From: Patescibacteria group bacterium
GTDB taxonomy: Bacteria; Patescibacteriota; Patescibacteriia; S139-126; S139-133
NCBI GenBank assembly: GCA_049604715.1
Contig: JBMYTV010000003.1
Span: forward strand, 70,228 to 123,830
Length of the DNA stretch: 53,603 bases
Direction: 5' to 3'
Positions 48,543 through 53,603 of the stretch are shown here, piece by piece; position 1 is the first letter of the stretch, and the number at the start of each line of letters is the position of its first letter. The translations under genes and the position numbers were made by a program. The notes below the pieces were generated by a model, which worked only from the letters and a program-made list of their open reading frames with translations, made no database searches and was not told the DNA's origin.

Positions 48543-49934
48543 ATGGACCTATCGCAAAAATTACCACCACAAAACATTGAAGCTGAAAACTCTGTTCTTG
48601 GCTCTATTCTGATTGACAGTGAGGCGCTGATCAAAATTGCTGATGAGCTGAAGTCTGATGATTTTTATTTAGAAGCAAACAAAATCATTTATGAAGCTAT
48701 TGTAGACCTCTTTAATGATAGGCAAAATATTGACCTAGTCAGTGTCTCAAATAAGCTACAAGAGAAAAGTCAGTTAGATCAAATCGGGGGTAAAGCAAAT
48801 CTGGCAAACCTCACTAACGCTGTTGTTACAGCATCAAATATTGAGAGTTATGCGGATATTGTCAAAAAGAAGTCTGCGCTACGTAAGCTCATCCGTGCTG
48901 CAGGTAACATTCTGACACTTGGTTATGATGAATCCAAAAAAGTTGAGGACATCTTAGACAAATCAGAGCAAGAGCTATTTTCTGTTTCGCAACAACATCT
49001 AAAACAAAACTTTGAAAGCATCAAATCAGTATTATCAGATGCATTTGAAAGAATCGATGAGCTCCACAAACATGAAGGTGGACTACGTGGTGTCCCAACT
49101 GGATTTGGTGATCTTGATAGCAAACTTGCAGGACTACAAAAATCAGACTTGATCATCTTAGCTGCACGCCCATCAGTTGGTAAGACATCATTTGCGCTTG
49201 ATATTGCACGAAACGTGGCAGTAAATGAAAAGGTTCCTGTTGGGCTTTTTTCTCTAGAGATGAGCAAAGACCAGTTAGTAGACCGTATGCTATGTAGTGA
49301 AGCTGGAATTGACCTTTGGAAAATGCGTACTGGCAACCTCTCCACCTCACCTGACTCTGATGATTTTCCTCGTCTTGGCCAAGCAATGGCAAAACTATCT
49401 GAAGCGCCTGTATTTATTGATGACACAGCATCAGTTAACATTATGTCTATCCGCACCAAAGCTCGCAGACTCAAAATGGAGCACAATGTTGGGCTTATAG
49501 TTGTTGACTACCTACAGCTCATGGAAGGTCGTTCATCAAACAGTAGCGATAACCGTGTGCAAGAGATTGCTGAAATATCTCGCGCGCTCAAGGGACTCGC
49601 CCGAGAACTCAACGTTCCTGTCCTTGCATTATCCCAGCTTTCTCGTGCTGTAGAACAAAGTAAACCAGCCATCCCAAAACTTTCTCATTTGCGCGAGTCA
49701 GGGTCTATTGAGCAAGATGCTGATGTGGTGATGTTTATTTATAGAAAAAGCCGAGACGGCAACTACCGCCCAGAGGACGTACCGCCGGATGAAAAGAACC
49801 TAGCCGAAGTTATCATCGCAAAGCATCGTAATGGTCCAACCGGAGTCATCAAAATGTTCTTTGATGAACAATATGCTAGCTTTAGAAGCCTTGAAAGCAA
49901 GATGACAGTTAGTGATATTGTTTCCGAATTCTAG
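48543..49934 (+). CDS. dnaB: Replicative DNA helicase
   Basis: PPQNIEAE, AARPSVGKT, VDYLQLM, LSQLSR, RESGSIEQDAD, KHRNGP; no intein. Confidence 0.98.
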   Translation: MDLSQKLPPQNIEAENSVLGSILIDSEALIKIADELKSDDFYLEANKIIYEAIVDLFNDRQNIDLVSVSNKLQEKSQLDQIGGKANLANLTNAVVTASNIESYADIVKKKSALRKLIRAAGNILTLGYDESKKVEDILDKSEQELFSVSQQHLKQNFESIKSVLSDAFERIDELHKHEGGLRGVPTGFGDLDSKLAGLQKSDLIILAARPSVGKTSFALDIARNVAVNEKVPVGLFSLEMSKDQLVDRMLCSEAGIDLWKMRTGNLSTSPDSDDFPRLGQAMAKLSEAPVFIDDTASVNIMSIRTKARRLKMEHNVGLIVVDYLQLMEGRSSNSSDNRVQEIAEISRALKGLARELNVPVLALSQLSRAVEQSKPAIPKLSHLRESGSIEQDADVVMFIYRKSRDGNYRPEDVPPDEKNLAEVIIAKHRNGPTGVIKMFFDEQYASFRSLESKMTVSDIVSEF

Positions 49935-49996
49935 GCCTTACCAAGGATCGGAAACTGTACTATACTATCTATACTAAAATTAAAATACCAATTTTT

Positions 49997-50290
49997 ATGT
50001 TTAATAAGCTAAAAGAAGTAAAAGATCTTCGCGATCAGGCTAAAAGTCTTCAAAATAAACTTGCAGAAGAGACAGTGTCTGTTGAGCACAAAGGTTGTAG
50101 CCTAAAGATGGATGGCAATCAAAAGATTCTTAGCCTCACAATTGCAGATAATTTGCTTAGCAAAGACAACAAAAGCAAACTTGAAAGTATTCTTATTGAA
50201 CTTCATGCACAAGCACTTAAGAAAGTGCAAAAAGTTATGATGCAAAAGATGCGCGAACAAGGTGACTTTAACTTACCAGGACTTTCTTAA
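49997..50290 (+). CDS. YbaB/EbfC nucleoid-associated protein
   Basis: QAKSLQNKLAEETV..MDGNQ; canonical position before recR. Confidence 0.85.
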   Translation: MFNKLKEVKDLRDQAKSLQNKLAEETVSVEHKGCSLKMDGNQKILSLTIADNLLSKDNKSKLESILIELHAQALKKVQKVMMQKMREQGDFNLPGLS

Positions 50291-50297
50291 ATCCTTC

Positions 50298-50903
50298 ATG
50301 CACCACTACCCTCCTGTTATACAAAATCTTATACAACGGCTATCATACTTGCCTACAATAGGTCCAAAAACAGCAGAAAGGATTGTTTTTGCTTTGCTTA
50401 AAAAAGATAGGCAGCTTATAAGAAAACTAGGAAACGAAATAACAGAGTTGAGCAACCAAATCGTCCAGTGCGAGACATGCTACACATTTTCCGAAACAAA
50501 CCCTTGCGACATCTGCAATAATACACAAAGAGACAAAACTCTACTATGTGTAGTCACAGAACCGCAAGACATTGCGGCTATAGAACGGACGGGCCACTTT
50601 CATGGACTATACTTTGTAATTGGAGGCACTATTTCTACATATCACGGAACATCACCCAAAGATCTGCGTATGCCAGAATTACTCAAACGCATTAAAGAGA
50701 CACCGACTCTAACAGAGGTTATTCTTGCTATTGATCCAACAGCAGAAGGTGAAACAACAACCTTGTATGTGAGTGAACAGTTAAAAAATTTGGGCAAAAA
50801 AATAACGCGCCTTGCGCGCGGTCTTCCTGTTGGTGCTGATGTTGAGTATGCTGACGAAGTAACGCTATCAGCCGCAATAGATGATAGAAAACAAATCAAC
50901 TAG
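50298..50903 (+). CDS. recR: Recombination mediator RecR
   Basis: LPTIGPKTAER, C4 zinc finger, EGETT, RLARGLPVG..EYADEVTL; ATG 50298. Confidence 0.96.
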   Translation: MHHYPPVIQNLIQRLSYLPTIGPKTAERIVFALLKKDRQLIRKLGNEITELSNQIVQCETCYTFSETNPCDICNNTQRDKTLLCVVTEPQDIAAIERTGHFHGLYFVIGGTISTYHGTSPKDLRMPELLKRIKETPTLTEVILAIDPTAEGETTTLYVSEQLKNLGKKITRLARGLPVGADVEYADEVTLSAAIDDRKQIN

Positions 50904-51424
50904 CCCCTAACTCTCCACAATACAATAATAGTCAAAATCACAAGTATGCCGACAAGTATCCAGCTCATTGTCGGTTTTGTGTTATCAAAAAAATAAGTTT
51001 CATTATCTTCACAATCACAACCCTCCTCCAAATCAACAACATCTAAATCGGCAGTAATTCTTTCTAAATCAAGAACTCCCATCTCCTCATCTAAAGTCAA
51101 TATAATATCAAATGCCCCATCTGCATCAGTGTCTATAATTTCCCTTCGAATCATTTCATCGTCACCATATACAAACCATACATCAGCTACACTATCCCCG
51201 CTCATATCATAGGTCCTGAGCACAACATCATCACCTAAATAATAAACTAAACTATCAAGTAGGCCATTGTTATCTATATCAGACTCGACTAGCGCTGTAT
51301 ACTCGATACTTTCACCATCTACCAAAATAGTACTTGTGACAAATTCTGCACTAGCTAAAAATGGTAATGACGCGCTCATTACCATAACACCTGCTATTAT
51401 AATTAAACGAATATACAAAAACAT
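50900..51424 (-). CDS. Acidic exported protein with DxDxDG-type repeats and C-terminal anchor
   Basis: Signal peptide; DIDNNGLLD, DMSGDSVAD, DTDADGAFD; C-terminal TM followed by RVR. Confidence 0.7.
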   Translation of the reverse strand: MFLYIRLIIIAGVMVMSASLPFLASAEFVTSTILVDGESIEYTALVESDIDNNGLLDSLVYYLGDDVVLRTYDMSGDSVADVWFVYGDDEMIRREIIDTDADGAFDIILTLDEEMGVLDLERITADLDVVDLEEGCDCEDNETYFFDNTKPTMSWILVGILVILTIIVLWRVRG

Positions 51425-51434
51425 TTCGCACTTC

Positions 51435-51833
51435 CTATACCTTTTCTTCCGATAACAATGATTCAATATCTCCTATTATTTCATCAAGTCGATGCTCCAT
51501 TTTTAGATAGTACTTTTCAGCACCTAGTGCCATGTACGATTTTACACTTTTATCACTAGCTGTATTTGATACTACAAAAACCGGTAAATCGCGATATTTG
51601 CTATCTGGCCCCTTTAAATAAGTAAGGATGTCTAATCCGTTTTCCTTACCAAGTAAGTAATGATCAAGCCACACTACATCAATACCCTCAACATCCTCCA
51701 GGTATCCATATGCTTGTTCAGCTGATCTAGCAGTTAGCACCATATACCCTGCTGCCTCGAGCCTTTTACTAATTGCATTAAGTAGTGGTCGTTCATCTTC
51801 CACTACAAGTATGTTATGTTCAGTTTTTTTCAT
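51435..51833 (-). CDS. Single-domain response regulator
   Basis: ILVVEDE, VWLD, NGLD, VVSN, YYLK. Confidence 0.92.
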   Translation of the reverse strand: MKKTEHNILVVEDERPLLNAISKRLEAAGYMVLTARSAEQAYGYLEDVEGIDVVWLDHYLLGKENGLDILTYLKGPDSKYRDLPVFVVSNTASDKSVKSYMALGAEKYYLKMEHRLDEIIGDIESLLSEEKV

Positions 51834-51841
51834 ATATTTTA

Positions 51842-53603
51842 CTACTGTAAACGTCTCGTACCCTCCTTGTTCTTCATACCGCTCACTGGAATTGTTATTG
51901 TAAATGTCGTACCCTTACCTTCTTTTGAGGTAAAGGAAATAGATCCATTTATATGATCCAAAATTGACTTGGTTGTGTATAATCCTAGACCAGTCCCTTG
52001 TGTATCGGTTTCTTTTACATTATCAGCTCTATAAAGTTTTGTGAATACGTGACGTTGCTCAGCCTTTGGTATGCCCATACCCGTGTCTGCAACCTCTAGT
52101 ACCAACTGATCATTCTTTACAGAAATCGAAACAGTGATCGTTCCTTTTTCAGGGGTGTATTTCACAGAATTTGTAATAAGATTTTGTATCATAATACGAG
52201 TCAAACTTACATCCAAGTCAACCATTGGGATATCGTCTTGATATTGCTTCTTTATAATAAGATTTTTAAGCAATACGTCTTTTTCTGATTCATTGATAAC
52301 TTCGTCTACTAATACACGTAGATCAGCTGACTCAGGGTCGACTATGAATGTACCAAGCTCAATACGCGATACATTCAAAAGCGCATTTACAAGTTGCACC
52401 ATTCGTTGACTTCCTGTATAAATCTCTTCCATATACGACCTTTGATTTGTATTTAGGTCGCCCGAGTCTTCTGAAAGCATCAACTCAGAATACCAATTAA
52501 TAGCTGACAATGGTGTGCGAAGTTGGTGTGATGCAAGTGATACAAACTCAGTCTTTGCCATATCAATCTCTTTTTCTGCGCTAATGTCCCGCTCAATACC
52601 AACAAAGTAAAGGAGTTCGTGATTTTCATCAACCACAGGACTAATACTAACATGAGCATAATAGAACTCGCCATTTTTTCGTCTATTTTTTATCTCTCCA
52701 GCAAAAACCTGCTTTTTCTTTTTAATAGTGGACCAAAGCTGACTATAAAACTTCTTATCCATATGGCCGCCCCAAAGTTCCTTTGATCCCGCTTTCTTAC
52801 CTATAATCTCATCCAAATCAAATCCTGTTATCCTTTCAACTGAACTATTTGCATAAATAATTGTGCCTTCAGGATCAGTAATAATAATATGATCATTAGT
52901 CGCATCCACTGCCTTTTTATATTTTAGAGTTTCGATAACTTGTGTTTGAAGCTTGTCCTTCTCATCAGCAAAGTCCTCCAAAATATTTAGTGTTGCTTTT
53001 TTTGTTTTCTCAGATTGATCAATAAGCTTTTCTGACTTTACATGATCTTCCATTGCACTACTAACCGTTTCTTTTAGCTTATCATTACTTGTCTGTAATT
53101 TTTCCAAAAGAAAATTGATAGATCTTTTAATCTCCAGAAACTCAGTTGTATCATCCTCAGATAAACGAACACCAAATTTTCCACGTCTTACTTTTTTAAG
53201 CTTCTCGATTAGACCCTCTATATTACTGAATAACAAATCGTTGATTCTAATACTAAACAATAAGATCAACAAAAAATACATAGCTACCAAAAACAAAATT
53301 TCTATACGTTTATTTGAAGCAACTGCTGATGACTCAGATAGTGACTCATTAAAGCCTGCAGCTGTTACTATTAGCAGTTGGTTAAAGTCATTATGTATAT
53401 TATTTCCTATTGCTGCTTTATCTACTAATGTATTGGTGTACATGGTAGAGTCAGAAAATACTACTACCTGATCGCGTATATCTTGATGATACACAGCAAA
53501 TGTCTCAACAAATCGGGTATTAAAAATATCAGGATACTGAGCTGACACCTCTAATACCAATTCTGAGGCTTCGGTATGTTTTTGTTGCCATGCATTATAT
53601 GTC
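51842..53603 (-). CDS. Membrane sensor histidine kinase (HAMP-like, PAS, HisKA, HATPase); 5' end outside the window
   Basis: SHQLRTPL, NLITNSVKY, DTGMGI, GTGLGL; frame is open to the window edge. Confidence 0.95.
   Translation of the reverse strand, partial: TYNAWQQKHTEASELVLEVSAQYPDIFNTRFVETFAVYHQDIRDQVVVFSDSTMYTNTLVDKAAIGNNIHNDFNQLLIVTAAGFNESLSESSAVASNKRIEILFLVAMYFLLILLFSIRINDLLFSNIEGLIEKLKKVRRGKFGVRLSEDDTTEFLEIKRSINFLLEKLQTSNDKLKETVSSAMEDHVKSEKLIDQSEKTKKATLNILEDFADEKDKLQTQVIETLKYKKAVDATNDHIIITDPEGTIIYANSSVERITGFDLDEIIGKKAGSKELWGGHMDKKFYSQLWSTIKKKKQVFAGEIKNRRKNGEFYYAHVSISPVVDENHELLYFVGIERDISAEKEIDMAKTEFVSLASHQLRTPLSAINWYSELMLSEDSGDLNTNQRSYMEEIYTGSQRMVQLVNALLNVSRIELGTFIVDPESADLRVLVDEVINESEKDVLLKNLIIKKQYQDDIPMVDLDVSLTRIMIQNLITNSVKYTPEKGTITVSISVKNDQLVLEVADTGMGIPKAEQRHVFTKLYRADNVKETDTQGTGLGLYTTKSILDHINGSISFTSKEGKGTTFTITIPVSGMKNKEGTRRLQ

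Noticed and set aside
48543-49934. Intein in DnaB
   Set aside because: Normal length (463 aa) with contiguous motifs

Overview
AT-rich bacterial chromosome segment (code 11, TGA used as stop), mostly minus-strand genes. Gene content and style suggest a Patescibacteria/CPR (Parcubacteria-like) genome; this is inference. Contents in order: partial pheS, a DciA-like gene, a UvrD helicase fused to a PD-(D/E)XK nuclease, a complete F1Fo ATP synthase operon with a Na+-type c subunit, the glyQS-M16 peptidase-rsmI-metG-tatD-rmuC string, an ArsR/DUF3179/CcdA/CAP operon, tRNA-Asn, a P-type ATPase, a pentose-phosphate operon (zwf-gnd-tkt-LOG-pgl-tal-pgi/pmi), a Ca/Na exchanger, glycan genes, several small orphan genes, an RRM protein, tRNA-Lys, dnaB-ybaB-recR and a two-component pair. 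No CRISPR array, rRNA or transposase was recognised. The most striking signal is non-coding. An unannotated Asn-rich leader peptide (MDYKVNNSNNNNLSS) with complete 1:2 / 2:3 / 3:4 attenuator pairings ends in a terminator 4 nt before the tRNA-Asn gene, i.e. an apparent ribosome-mediated attenuator controlling a tRNA. A second leader-peptide attenuator precedes a small basic orphan protein at 35.5-36.0 kb. All pairings were read by eye; nothing was folded computationally or searched.
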